A stretch of 64,000 nt of DNA. Source: an uncultured Bacteroidales bacterium (GTDB taxonomy: Bacteria; Bacteroidota; Bacteroidia; Bacteroidales; PWNQ01). The position numbers and the translations under genes were made by a program. Shown piece by piece: positions 39,131 to 47,954 of this stretch. Within the stretch, counting starts at the first letter, position 1. Every line of letters begins with the position of its first letter. Below the pieces are notes generated by a model. That model saw nothing but the letters and a program-made list of their open reading frames with translations. It ran no database searches and was not told where the DNA came from. The stretch spans positions 12,703 to 76,702 of the forward strand of contig CAYZDA010000005.1 of assembly GCA_964477095.1 (NCBI GenBank). The letters are read 5' to 3'.

Positions 39131-39934
39131 TCATATATCCAGCTTCGTTTGTATCGCTTTTACATCGCGTTCCAGCTTTTTCACAGCATCTATAATCTGT
39201 TCTTTGGGCGTATTGGGTTCGGGCACTTCGGAACTAATATAATGCACGAACTTCCAGACTTCTCTTATATCTTTGGCATCTATGTCATATGGCTCGTATA
39301 GCGGATTTAGTGAATACAGCCTGAGTTGCTGCCGTTGTTTCAGATTATTTTCCACCACCTTAAAAACCACGCCATCCTCCATAGTGAGTATAATATACGG
39401 ATGCTGAGAGCGGATATGCTGCCAGTTTTGCACAAATTCACCTGTGATCCAGGAGCCATGGGGGATAGGGAGCATAGAATCGCCGCTTATCTGGAAGGTA
39501 CGGTATTTCCGTTCTTTCGACAAAAAGGGCATCTGGAAGGTGGGTAACACCTTCAGGTATTCCGGATCAGCATATCCTGTGCGGTAACCGGCTTTAGCCT
39601 TTTCGTTTATCAGCTCGATGTTTTCATTGTTGTGCTGATCAACCGTGGTGGCCAGTACGCGGATCTGGCTGCCGGTAATAAAGGTATCATAACCCCGCTC
39701 AATCTGTGAAAGCTGACTCTCCTGCAGCTTGCTCAGGTCAACCTTTAGCAGGGTATCTATGGCCACATTAAAATATTTCGAGAAAGAAATCAGAGTTTCC
39801 AGGCCTGGCTGTGCTACTTCATTTTCGTAGCCCGACAGGGTGGATCGCTTCATATTCAAGGCCACTGCCACATCATCCTGGGTGCGTTTCCTTCTTTTTC
39901 TCAACAACTTGATATTACGACTAAAGATGCTCAT
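39131..39934 (-). CDS. XRE HTH + S24 (LexA-like) peptidase domain repressor
   Basis: 267-aa ORF. It has an N-terminal HTH (RTQDDVAVALNMKRSTLSGYENE) and the C-terminal S24 motif ISGDSMLP. Confidence 0.75.
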   Translation of the reverse strand: MSIFSRNIKLLRKRRKRTQDDVAVALNMKRSTLSGYENEVAQPGLETLISFSKYFNVAIDTLLKVDLSKLQESQLSQIERGYDTFITGSQIRVLATTVDQHNNENIELINEKAKAGYRTGYADPEYLKVLPTFQMPFLSKERKYRTFQISGDSMLPIPHGSWITGEFVQNWQHIRSQHPYIILTMEDGVVFKVVENNLKQRQQLRLYSLNPLYEPYDIDAKDIREVWKFVHYISSEVPEPNTPKEQIIDAVKKLERDVKAIQTKLDI

Positions 39935-40039
39935 TGCTTAAATTTTAATCAGAAAAGTGATTTGTATCACGGCAAAGGTAATATATTGCTATGCAAATTG
40001 CAAGTAAAATCACATCTTTAATCAAAGAAAAAGGCAGTA

Positions 40040-40711
40040 TTACAGCAGGTCGGGTCTTCTTTCCCGGGTCCTTTTTTCCGACTGCTCCTGCCGCCATTCT
40101 TCTATTTTTTTATGATTACCGGAAAGCAATATATCCGGCACCCTATGCCCTTTATATTCCAATGGTTTAGTGTAAACAGGAGGCGCGAGCAGGCCGTCCT
40201 GAAAAGAATCGGACAGGGCGGAGGTTTCATTCCCCAGCACACCCGGAATAAGCCTTACAATGGCATCTGTGAATACTGCAGCGGCCAGCTCTCCACCTGA
40301 AAGCACATAATCACCAACTGAGATTTCCCTGCTGACGTATATATCGCGAATGCGCTGGTCAATTCCTTTATAATGCCCGCAAAGGATAACGATATTTTCA
40401 AAAGTAGAAAGCCTGTTGGCCTCCGGCTGATTAAAAGGAATGCCATCGGGTGTGGTATAAATTATTTCATCATAGTGCCGCTCTTCCAGTAAAGGATCAA
40501 GGATAGCGGCCACCGGTTCTATGCGCATTACCATACCCGCGCCCCCGCCATAAGGGTAATCATCTGTGCTGCCGTATTTATTAACAGGATGATTCCTGGG
40601 GTTGTGAAACTGAATATCAACCAATTGCTTTTCTTTGGCCCGCTTGATGATGGAATGGCTGAATGGGCCTTCAAACATTTCAGGAAATATGGTTATTATA
40701 TCAATACGCAT
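40040..40711 (-). CDS. trmD: tRNA (guanine37-N1)-methyltransferase
   Basis: 223-aa ORF with a canonical TrmD sequence ([13 protein letters not shown]...GGGAGMVM...[12 protein letters not shown]). Confidence 0.9.
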   Translation of the reverse strand: MRIDIITIFPEMFEGPFSHSIIKRAKEKQLVDIQFHNPRNHPVNKYGSTDDYPYGGGAGMVMRIEPVAAILDPLLEERHYDEIIYTTPDGIPFNQPEANRLSTFENIVILCGHYKGIDQRIRDIYVSREISVGDYVLSGGELAAAVFTDAIVRLIPGVLGNETSALSDSFQDGLLAPPVYTKPLEYKGHRVPDILLSGNHKKIEEWRQEQSEKRTRERRPDLL

Positions 40712-41009
40712 ACAAGCTCACTTTTATTTTTGCAAAGATACAAAAGTCATTTCCAGCTGCGCGGCTCTTATTTACCTCATGAAAAAAAACCCGCAAATAC
40801 GCAGCAAAAGTTTAACATTAATCTTTCGCTGTTGTTGATAGGATATCCATATGTCTTATATAAATAATAACCGGGTCACGATCCGCCTCAGGCATAATTT
40901 ACACGGGCATGATCATATAAAGGTATTGAGTATGCAACAGGAATCTGGAAGTGTCATGGCAAGCTCATCCACAAGTAATCGGGAACGGGAAAAATAAAAT
41001 TATAAATAG

Positions 41010-41771
41010 ATGAATGAAGAAAAAGATAACAACGGAGAGGAGCAGGAACGCAGCAAATGGCCACTGATCATCAGCGGCTTAATCATTGCCGGATTAGTAG
41101 TTTCCTATTTTACCATCCCTGCTGTGCATTCTTTTTTAAGTGATTCATACGAGATACTAACCAGCGGAAACAAGGATCGCATCTCAGGATGGGTGGGCAG
41201 CCTGCAATTCTGGGGGCCTCTTATAATAATTCTGGCCATGACACTACAGATGTTTTTAATTATTATCCCCTCGCCCTTGCTGATGCTTGTGGCTATCCTT
41301 GCCTATGGCCCCATTTGGGGAACGCTCATTGCCATCACCGCTATTTTTGTGGCTTCCAGTGTGGGCTATGCCGTAGGCCGTTTTCTCGGACAACTTACTA
41401 TTAATCGATTAATAGGCCATAAAAAAAAGAAAAAACTGGAGTTTTATGTGAACCGGTACGGGATATGGGCAGTAATAATTACGCGGCTGGCACCCATGCT
41501 TTCCAATGATGCCATTAGTTTTGTGGGTGGTATTCTTCGGATGGGATACTGGAAATTTATCGGAGCTACCCTGGCAGGAATAACACCACTGGCGGTTTTG
41601 ATGGCTTATTTCGGCGAAAACAACCAACGCCTGGAAACAGGTCTGCTGTGGACATCGGTGGTGTCACTGGCCATTTTTATAGCTTATGTAATCTACGACC
41701 GCAAACAGAATCCTGCTGCCAAACAAATGGAAAATGATAAAAAAGGAACATCCGGAAATCATTCGTCATAA
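41010..41771 (+). CDS. TVP38/TMEM64 (DedA-related, SNARE-associated) family membrane protein
   Basis: 253-aa multi-TM ORF with blocks (RLAPMLSNDAISFVGG) typical of the family. Confidence 0.65.
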   Translation: MNEEKDNNGEEQERSKWPLIISGLIIAGLVVSYFTIPAVHSFLSDSYEILTSGNKDRISGWVGSLQFWGPLIIILAMTLQMFLIIIPSPLLMLVAILAYGPIWGTLIAITAIFVASSVGYAVGRFLGQLTINRLIGHKKKKKLEFYVNRYGIWAVIITRLAPMLSNDAISFVGGILRMGYWKFIGATLAGITPLAVLMAYFGENNQRLETGLLWTSVVSLAIFIAYVIYDRKQNPAAKQMENDKKGTSGNHSS

Positions 41772-41971
41772 AGAACTCCGGATGTGGAAATATGAAACGT
41801 CCGCCTCAACGGAAGGTTACCTTCACCATTTTGCCGGCCCGGCAGCTCATGAATAATTAATCAACGGGCAAGTAAATTATCCATCCACAGACGGAAGCTA
41901 AATTCTCAGCGTTGATTTTATCAATCGGCAATCTTCTCATACCTTTGTATTATTAAAAAAGGCGGATTAAG

Positions 41972-42391
41972 ATGACATCATTAACAGACAGGGATTTTGA
42001 CCGGGAATTTGAGATAAAAGCAGTTCGCAGCAGCGGGCCCGGCGGGCAGCATGTGAATAAGACGAGCACAAAAGTGGAGCTGCGATTTAATATCGACAAT
42101 TCAGAAGTGCTGATAGAGGAGGAGAAGGAGCTGCTAAAGCAGCGGCTTCAGAACATGATCACACAAAGCGGTGATTTAATCATTACTTCACAGGAATCCC
42201 GCTCCCAACAGGCGAACCGGGCTAACGCTGTGAATAAATTCTATGAAACACTGGCCAAAGGACTTAAGCCTGTGAAAAAACGTAAGAAAACCAGGCCTCC
42301 GGCCGGATTGAATGAAAAGCGACTGGAAGAAAAGAAAAAGCAGAGCGAGAAAAAAGATCTTCGTAAACCACCGGAATTAAAGAACCGCTAA
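41972..42391 (+). CDS. arfB: alternative ribosome-rescue factor ArfB (peptidyl-tRNA hydrolase, GGQ protein)
   Basis: 139-aa ORF with the GGQ motif GPGGQHVNKTSTKVELRF and a basic C-terminal tail. Confidence 0.85.
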   Translation: MTSLTDRDFDREFEIKAVRSSGPGGQHVNKTSTKVELRFNIDNSEVLIEEEKELLKQRLQNMITQSGDLIITSQESRSQQANRANAVNKFYETLAKGLKPVKKRKKTRPPAGLNEKRLEEKKKQSEKKDLRKPPELKNR

Positions 42392-42392
42392 T

Positions 42393-42444
42393 ACCGCGAA
42401 TTAAAACGCGAATCACCGCTAAAATAATCAGCGCAATTCGCGGT
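42393..42444. terminator. long-loop hairpin between convergent arfB and DEAD-box genes
   Basis: ACCGCGAATT (42393-42402) pairs with AATTCGCGGT (42435-42444). That is a 10-bp perfect stem with a 32-nt loop and no clear U-tract. Confidence 0.25.
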
Positions 42445-42470
42445 GCATAGCGTAATGCTCTTTCTTCTTT

Positions 42471-44159
42471 TTACTTCTTACGGCGTTTTTTGCCTTTTTT
42501 ACCTTCATTTCTGCCTTCTTTTCTGGCTTCTGCAAATTCCACTGACATTTTCCTGCCATTAAATGACTGGCCGCTTAATACATTTTTAACCTGTTCAGCA
42601 TGTTGGGCATCTACTTCAAAAAAGGAAAAACTGTCTTTCAGGTCGATCTCACCGATGGCGATATCACGGTTTCTGGTGTGATCATTCACCAGCCCGATAA
42701 TCTTTTTGGCCATCAGTCCGTCTTTTTTACCCACGTTGATGAAGAAACGGGAAAAGTCGCCTGATTCACGGATCTTTCTGCGGCCTTTACCGTTTTTATC
42801 TCTGGAGTTTTTACTCATGCTACCCTCTTGAGCTGTTTTATTCAGATCAGGAGCATTCTTGTAGTATTCCAGAAACCGGTTAAACTCCATGGATACGAAA
42901 TGCTTAATAATTTCCTCCTTGCTCATCCAGGCCAGCTTTTTATTCACCGCTTCCATGAAAGGCGCGATCTTATCTTCATCCACCTCTGCCTTTTCCATCC
43001 GGTCAATCATATTAAAAAGCTGCTTGCTGCAAATCTCTTCGCCTGAAGGAACCTGTAACTGCTCACATTTCTTGCCGGTTATTTTTTCTATCTGCCGGAT
43101 CTTGTGCTTTTCCCTGAAGTTGATCAGTGAAATGGAAATCCCTGACTTTTCCGCACGTCCTGTTCGTCCGCTGCGGTGGGTATATACCTCCAGCTCATCC
43201 GGCAGGTTGTAATTGATCACATGGCTGATGTCGTTTACATCAATTCCGCGTGCAGCCACATCTGTAGCCACGAGCATTTGCAGGGAACGTTCACGGAAAC
43301 GCTTCATAACATGATCTCTCTGGGCCTGTGAAAGGTCGCCATGCAGGGCGTCGGCATTATAGCCATCCTGGATAAGCTTATCGGCCACTTCCTTGGTTTC
43401 CATCCGGGTGCGGCAAAATACGATGCCGTAAATATCAGGGTTTATATCTGCGATGCGTTTCAGTGCCAGGTAGCGATCACGAGCATGCACCTGGTAATAG
43501 ATATGCCGGATGTTATTGGCACCTGAATTTTGTTTTCCAATGGTAATCTGTTCAGGATTATTCAGGTATTTCTTCGAGATACGGGCAACTTCCGTGGACA
43601 TGGTAGCCGAAAACAACAGCGTTCGCTTTTCAGCCGGTGTGGTTTTCAGTATTTCATCAAGCTCTTCGCGAAATCCCATATTAAGCATTTCGTCGGCTTC
43701 ATCAAGCACCAGTGTGCGTATGGAGCGGATATCGGCAGCTTTTCTTTTTATGAGGTCAATCATACGGCCAGGTGTGGCTACAATAATCTGCGCACCTTTC
43801 TTCAGCGCGCGGATCTGTGTGTCCATACTTGCTCCGCCATACACCGGTACAATACTGATGCGCTCCATATAGCGGGCATATGTTTGCAGGTCTTTGGTGA
43901 TTTGTACACATAGCTCGCGGGTAGGAGCGAGTATCAAGGTCTGAACATGCTTTTCAGCTGTATCGGTGAGGTCGAGCAGTGGCAGCCCAAAGGCAGCTGT
44001 TTTGCCGGTTCCTGTTTGTGCAAGTCCTGTTAAATCTGATGTGGAGGTGAAAATGGCAGGTATAACTTTTTCCTGTATCGGTGTCGGCTTCGTAAATCCC
44101 AGCTCTTCAATTCCCTTCAGCAAATTGGGCGATAAGCCCAATGCATTAAATGTAAGCAT
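42471..44159 (-). CDS. DEAD-box ATP-dependent RNA helicase (DeaD/CsdA-like with DbpA-type C-terminal domain)
   Basis: 562-aa ORF with the Q-motif/Walker A AQTGTGKT, then VLDEADEMLN, SAT and HRSGRTGRA, and a Lys/Arg-rich tail. Confidence 0.9.
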   Translation of the reverse strand: MLTFNALGLSPNLLKGIEELGFTKPTPIQEKVIPAIFTSTSDLTGLAQTGTGKTAAFGLPLLDLTDTAEKHVQTLILAPTRELCVQITKDLQTYARYMERISIVPVYGGASMDTQIRALKKGAQIIVATPGRMIDLIKRKAADIRSIRTLVLDEADEMLNMGFREELDEILKTTPAEKRTLLFSATMSTEVARISKKYLNNPEQITIGKQNSGANNIRHIYYQVHARDRYLALKRIADINPDIYGIVFCRTRMETKEVADKLIQDGYNADALHGDLSQAQRDHVMKRFRERSLQMLVATDVAARGIDVNDISHVINYNLPDELEVYTHRSGRTGRAEKSGISISLINFREKHKIRQIEKITGKKCEQLQVPSGEEICSKQLFNMIDRMEKAEVDEDKIAPFMEAVNKKLAWMSKEEIIKHFVSMEFNRFLEYYKNAPDLNKTAQEGSMSKNSRDKNGKGRRKIRESGDFSRFFINVGKKDGLMAKKIIGLVNDHTRNRDIAIGEIDLKDSFSFFEVDAQHAEQVKNVLSGQSFNGRKMSVEFAEARKEGRNEGKKGKKRRKK

Positions 44160-44394
44160 TTGATATTATTAAAAATGAGCCGCAAAAGTAGTTAAAAATC
44201 ACATTCAAACCACAAAAGTAATTGCTTATTTTTACTTTTAATGGCTGAAAATCCTTAAAGGAGCCACAATTCATCTCTTTCAGTACTGATTTATTTGTCC
44301 GCAGAATAATTTCTTTGAATAAAATATGATGCTGTATGTTACTGAACTAATCCGGCAGTGCTGCGTTATTATGATATATCAATCAATAGGTAAT

Positions 44395-44823
44395 ATGCGT
44401 AAAATCGATCCCGATTATGTTAAATATTTGCGGCCTGTTCTTGGGGGCATCAGTCTTGCTGCCGGTGCAGTTTTTATGATGATCCCGTTTATTCCTCTGG
44501 GCTATATACTGGTGGCCGCAGGTCTGTTTTTGCTCGCTCCCTTCATTCCCGGCATGGATAAGCTGCTGGCCAAACTCAAGAAAAAGGATAATAAAGACCG
44601 TATTAAAAAAGTGGAGGATAAAATTGACGCAACAGAAGACAGGGCAAAAGATAAAATTGACAGGGCGCAAAAAAGCGATGAAGAAAAAGAAAAGGATAGA
44701 AGAAATATAGAAGTAGAGGAAGAGGAAGAGGAAGAGAATGCGCAAAAACAAGGTAGTGATGAGGATTTATCTGTGGAATCAGATAAAGGGAAAAATAAGG
44801 ATAATAAAAACAAAAACTCATGA
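44395..44823 (+). CDS. small membrane protein with highly charged K/D/E-rich tail
   Basis: The ORF is open from 44326, with Met at 44395 preferred. It has two TM helices (PGPGW-like topology) followed by a low-complexity KKDNKDRIKK...EEEEEEEN tail. Confidence 0.35.
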   Translation: MRKIDPDYVKYLRPVLGGISLAAGAVFMMIPFIPLGYILVAAGLFLLAPFIPGMDKLLAKLKKKDNKDRIKKVEDKIDATEDRAKDKIDRAQKSDEEKEKDRRNIEVEEEEEEENAQKQGSDEDLSVESDKGKNKDNKNKNS

Positions 44824-44962
44824 GTTGGCCTGAATTTCCGTGCAGCTATTGCCGGCCGTTAGTAAATTCTGTGAATATATGGGCTGTCTGGTGCAAACTC
44901 ACTAACAATGATTTTTCAGGCTGTCAGCTAAGGTCAAAAATTACCTGATGGTTATATTCGTT

Positions 44963-45547
44963 TCATATGAGCAGGTCCAACTGCCAGGATATCGATTTTT
45001 TAAAGTCCTGATAGGAGTGGGGTGTATGCCGGTTTAGGTAAAACAACAAGCACCCCGTTAACACAAATTTTAACTGCTGTTTTAGTTGAGTGTATTTTTC
45101 CTCCTTTATAGTATTTTCATTTTTAAGGCGCTCCCAGTCCTTAGAAATTGCTTCATCGAAGGAACCCACTAATATATCAAGTGTTTCTCTTTTCTGACTC
45201 AGGTCACTGAGTAACTCCAGGTAGAATAGCTCAAAAATTCCCGGGTATTGCACAAAATAGTCCACCCAGGCATGGCTGACCGTATGTAGCTGTGTGACGG
45301 CATCTTTTTCGCCATCTCTCTTGCCGGAAACAAATTCTTCTATTTCTTGCTGAAAATCTTTTACACAATAAAACAAAAGCTCTTTGATGTCTTTAAAATA
45401 ATGATACATAGTGGTGTAGGAATATCCTGCCTTTTCAGCCACACTACGTACACTAACTGCTTTCAGGCCTTCTGCTTTTATAATTTCTTTGGTCGCCTGG
45501 ATGAAATAACCTTTCATTCGTTGCTCCTGAATATCTTTGTTCTTCAT
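44963..45547 (-). CDS. TetR/AcrR family transcriptional regulator
   Basis: 194-aa ORF with the N-terminal HTH VRSVAEKAGYSYTTMYHYFKDIKEL. Confidence 0.8.
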   Translation of the reverse strand: MKNKDIQEQRMKGYFIQATKEIIKAEGLKAVSVRSVAEKAGYSYTTMYHYFKDIKELLFYCVKDFQQEIEEFVSGKRDGEKDAVTQLHTVSHAWVDYFVQYPGIFELFYLELLSDLSQKRETLDILVGSFDEAISKDWERLKNENTIKEEKYTQLKQQLKFVLTGCLLFYLNRHTPHSYQDFKKSISWQLDLLI

Positions 45548-45574
45548 ATCGCTTATTTATTATCAGTTTTACAG

Positions 45575-45638
45575 GTGTATTTGAACACTGTTATATAAAT
45601 TTAACGCTGTAAATATATATAACAATGTTCAAATACAC
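45575..45638. promoter_or_regulatory. 23-bp inverted repeat (22/23 match) upstream of the TetR gene, candidate operator
   Basis: GTGTATTTGAACACTGTTATATA (45575-45597), an 18-nt spacer, then TATATAACAATGTTCAAATACAC (45616-45638). It begins 28 nt upstream of the TetR start. Confidence 0.45.
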
Positions 45639-45716
45639 AAACACTATTATGATTTTTTTGATAGAAATTATCTGCAGAAACCTCTTTTTCCGGAGCAGAC
45701 GGGTGTTGGAGGGTAT

Positions 45717-45753
45717 AAAAAAAAGCTGTTTTTCATCGCGAAAAACAGCTTTT
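45717..45753 (-). terminator. rho-independent terminator after the alpha-oxoamine synthase gene
   Basis: On the minus strand, hairpin AAAAGCTGTTTTT-N7-AAAAACAGCTTTT is followed by a T-run. Confidence 0.6.
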
Positions 45754-45772
45754 GATATTATTATAAAACCGT

Positions 45773-47023
45773 TTATTCAGGGATAGCTGCGAATTCCTCC
45801 TGCAGGTATTCTTTGTTTTCCAGCTTGCTTTTCACTTTCGAGAAGGCATCGATGGTTATGTTGATGTCTTCTTCTGTGTGACCGGCTGTGGGGATTAGTC
45901 GCAACATGATCACACCCTTGGGCACTACAGGGTAAACCACGATAGAAGTAAAGATATTAAAGTTCTCCCTCAGATCGTAGGTGATATGCGTTGCTTCCGC
46001 CAATGTCCCTTTCAGGAATACGGGGGTAACGCATGATTCGGTAACGCCCAGGTCAAAGCCGTTCCTGCGCAATCCGTTCTGCAGTTTATGTACATTATTC
46101 CAGAGCTTTTGCTTGTGTTCCGGCTGGCTTCTGAGCATGTCCAATCGCTTGAGTGCACCTATTACCATAGGCATGGGCAGCGATTTGGCAAAAATCTGTG
46201 ATCGCATATTATACATCAGATAAGTGATAACGCGCTCATTGTTTGAAGCGACAAAGGCACCGATACCGGCCATGGCTTTGGCAAACGTACTAAAGTAAAG
46301 GTCGATTTCATCCTGCACGCCGTAATGCTCACCTACTCCGGCACCTGTTTCGCCCATGGTACCAAATCCGTGTGCATCATCCACCAGCAGGCGGAAGTTA
46401 TATTTCTTCTTCAGCGGAACGATCTTGTCAAGATGTCCAAGATCACCGGCCATTCCAAACACCCCTTCGGTGATCACCAGGATACCACCTCCGGTTTGCT
46501 CAGTGATGCGGGCTGCACGTTCAAGCTGTTTCTCCAGCTTTTCAATATTGTTGTGCGGATATACAAAGCGTTTACCTATATGCAGGCGCATACCGTCAAG
46601 AATACAGGCGTGTGATTCGGAATCATATACGATCACATCCTGACGGTCGACCAGTGAGTCGATAATGGAAACAATGCCCTGGTAACCATAATTGAGCAGG
46701 TAAGCAGCTTTTTTGTGTACAAAGGCTGCCAGTTCCTGTTCCAGTTGTTCGTGGTATTTAGTTTGACCGGACATCGCTCGTGCTCCCATCGGATAAGCCA
46801 TGCCGTATTCCTTTGCAGCGTCGGCATCTGCCTTGCGCACATCAGGATGATTGGCCAGCCCAAGGTAATTGTTGACACTCCAGACAATTTTTTCCTTTCC
46901 TTTAAACTTCATCCGGTTACCGATTGGTCCTTCCAGCTCAGGAAAAATATAATAGCCGTGAGCATCTTTCGAATACCTTCCCAAAGGTCCCATATCCCGG
47001 TTTATCTTCTCAAATATATCCAT
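45773..47023 (-). CDS. alpha-oxoamine synthase family PLP enzyme (Kbl/BioF/serine-palmitoyltransferase-like)
   Basis: The ORF is open to 47074, with Met at 47023 (MDIFEKI...) preferred. Motifs are NNYLGLANHP, VDDAHGFG and the PLP-Lys block FSTFAKAMAG. Confidence 0.8.
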   Translation of the reverse strand: MDIFEKINRDMGPLGRYSKDAHGYYIFPELEGPIGNRMKFKGKEKIVWSVNNYLGLANHPDVRKADADAAKEYGMAYPMGARAMSGQTKYHEQLEQELAAFVHKKAAYLLNYGYQGIVSIIDSLVDRQDVIVYDSESHACILDGMRLHIGKRFVYPHNNIEKLEKQLERAARITEQTGGGILVITEGVFGMAGDLGHLDKIVPLKKKYNFRLLVDDAHGFGTMGETGAGVGEHYGVQDEIDLYFSTFAKAMAGIGAFVASNNERVITYLMYNMRSQIFAKSLPMPMVIGALKRLDMLRSQPEHKQKLWNNVHKLQNGLRRNGFDLGVTESCVTPVFLKGTLAEATHITYDLRENFNIFTSIVVYPVVPKGVIMLRLIPTAGHTEEDINITIDAFSKVKSKLENKEYLQEEFAAIPE

Positions 47024-47133
47024 GGTGATAGTTTTAGATTTGCTGATTTTTGTAATATTGCGCAAATTTAGCAATTAATCCTGATTGGCAAAGCAGCTGC
47101 ATTGGGATGGCCATTATAAATAACTAACAGCAT

Positions 47134-47544
47134 ATGTTCATATCATACACTCAAATCCGGGTTCGCTATGCTGATGTTGATCAGATGGGTTTTGTCTATT
47201 ACGGCAATTATGCCACCTATTATGAAGTAGGGCGTACTGATGCCATGCGCGAACTGGGAACCAGCTACAGGATAATGGAACAAAAAGGAGTGATCATGCC
47301 GGTACACTCCATGAATTGCCGCTATTATAAACCTGCGCGTTATGATGATCTGCTTACCATCAAAACCATGGTGCGGGAAGCTCCCACAGCCAGGATGAAA
47401 TTTGAATATGAAATTTATAATCAGAATAAAGAACTATTGAATAAAGGGGAAACCACCCTGGCATTTGTATCCAAAGAAACTGACCGCCCAACCCGTATCC
47501 CTGTCTGGTTTAATGATATGATTAAAGGGTATTTTGGGGAATAG
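47134..47544 (+). CDS. YbgC/4HBT-type acyl-CoA thioesterase (hotdog fold)
   Basis: 136-aa ORF with the N-terminal block IRVRYADVDQMGFVYYGNY. Confidence 0.75.
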   Translation: MFISYTQIRVRYADVDQMGFVYYGNYATYYEVGRTDAMRELGTSYRIMEQKGVIMPVHSMNCRYYKPARYDDLLTIKTMVREAPTARMKFEYEIYNQNKELLNKGETTLAFVSKETDRPTRIPVWFNDMIKGYFGE

Positions 47545-47894
47545 TAAGCACATGTTAGCGGGCTCCGGTGAAACAACTAACAGTCTCACAAAATAAACAT
47601 ATCCGCTAATTTTGTGAATTTCCAATGCGAATGAATTAAGAGATAATTAGCATGAAAAACCTGCGCAATTAGGGGGTTTGCTGCTCCTCAGCACTGACAG
47701 ATAAGGCACCGGCCCGTGAAATATTTGGTCATGCCCCGGGCGCCAAGCCACTGCCATACCTTTCCCTGAGCCATTCCCGCCGTATACTGTCTCGTGCTTT
47801 TAAAACCGTGGTGGTTGTTATACTTTCACAGAGTTGTTTCCTTATAAAAATGCCCGGGATATAGTCAGACAATCCTGTTATTTCCTGGGCATAT

Positions 47895-47923
47895 AAAAAA
47901 AGCGCAGTTGGAATTTCTGCGCT
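47895..47923 (-). terminator. rho-independent terminator after the cNMP-AspA gene
   Basis: On the minus strand, hairpin AGCGCAG-N9-CTGCGCT is followed by a T7 run. Confidence 0.55.
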
Positions 47924-47954
47924 TTTCTTATTTGTTGTTATTCAGGCTGTGATC

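Noticed and set aside
22333-40711. rplS and trmD are about 18 kb apart and lack rpsP/rimM neighbours, unlike the classical rpsP-rimM-trmD-rplS operon
   Set aside because: Operon break-up of this cluster is plausible in Bacteroidota, and both genes look intact with their own signals. Not evidence of anything unusual without comparative data.
44580-44823. Lys/Asp/Glu-rich low-complexity coding tail with three overlapping antisense ORFs
   Set aside because: The purine-rich repeat explains the antisense ORFs. Such charged tails are common on small membrane proteins. No repeat-unit structure suggests a functional array.
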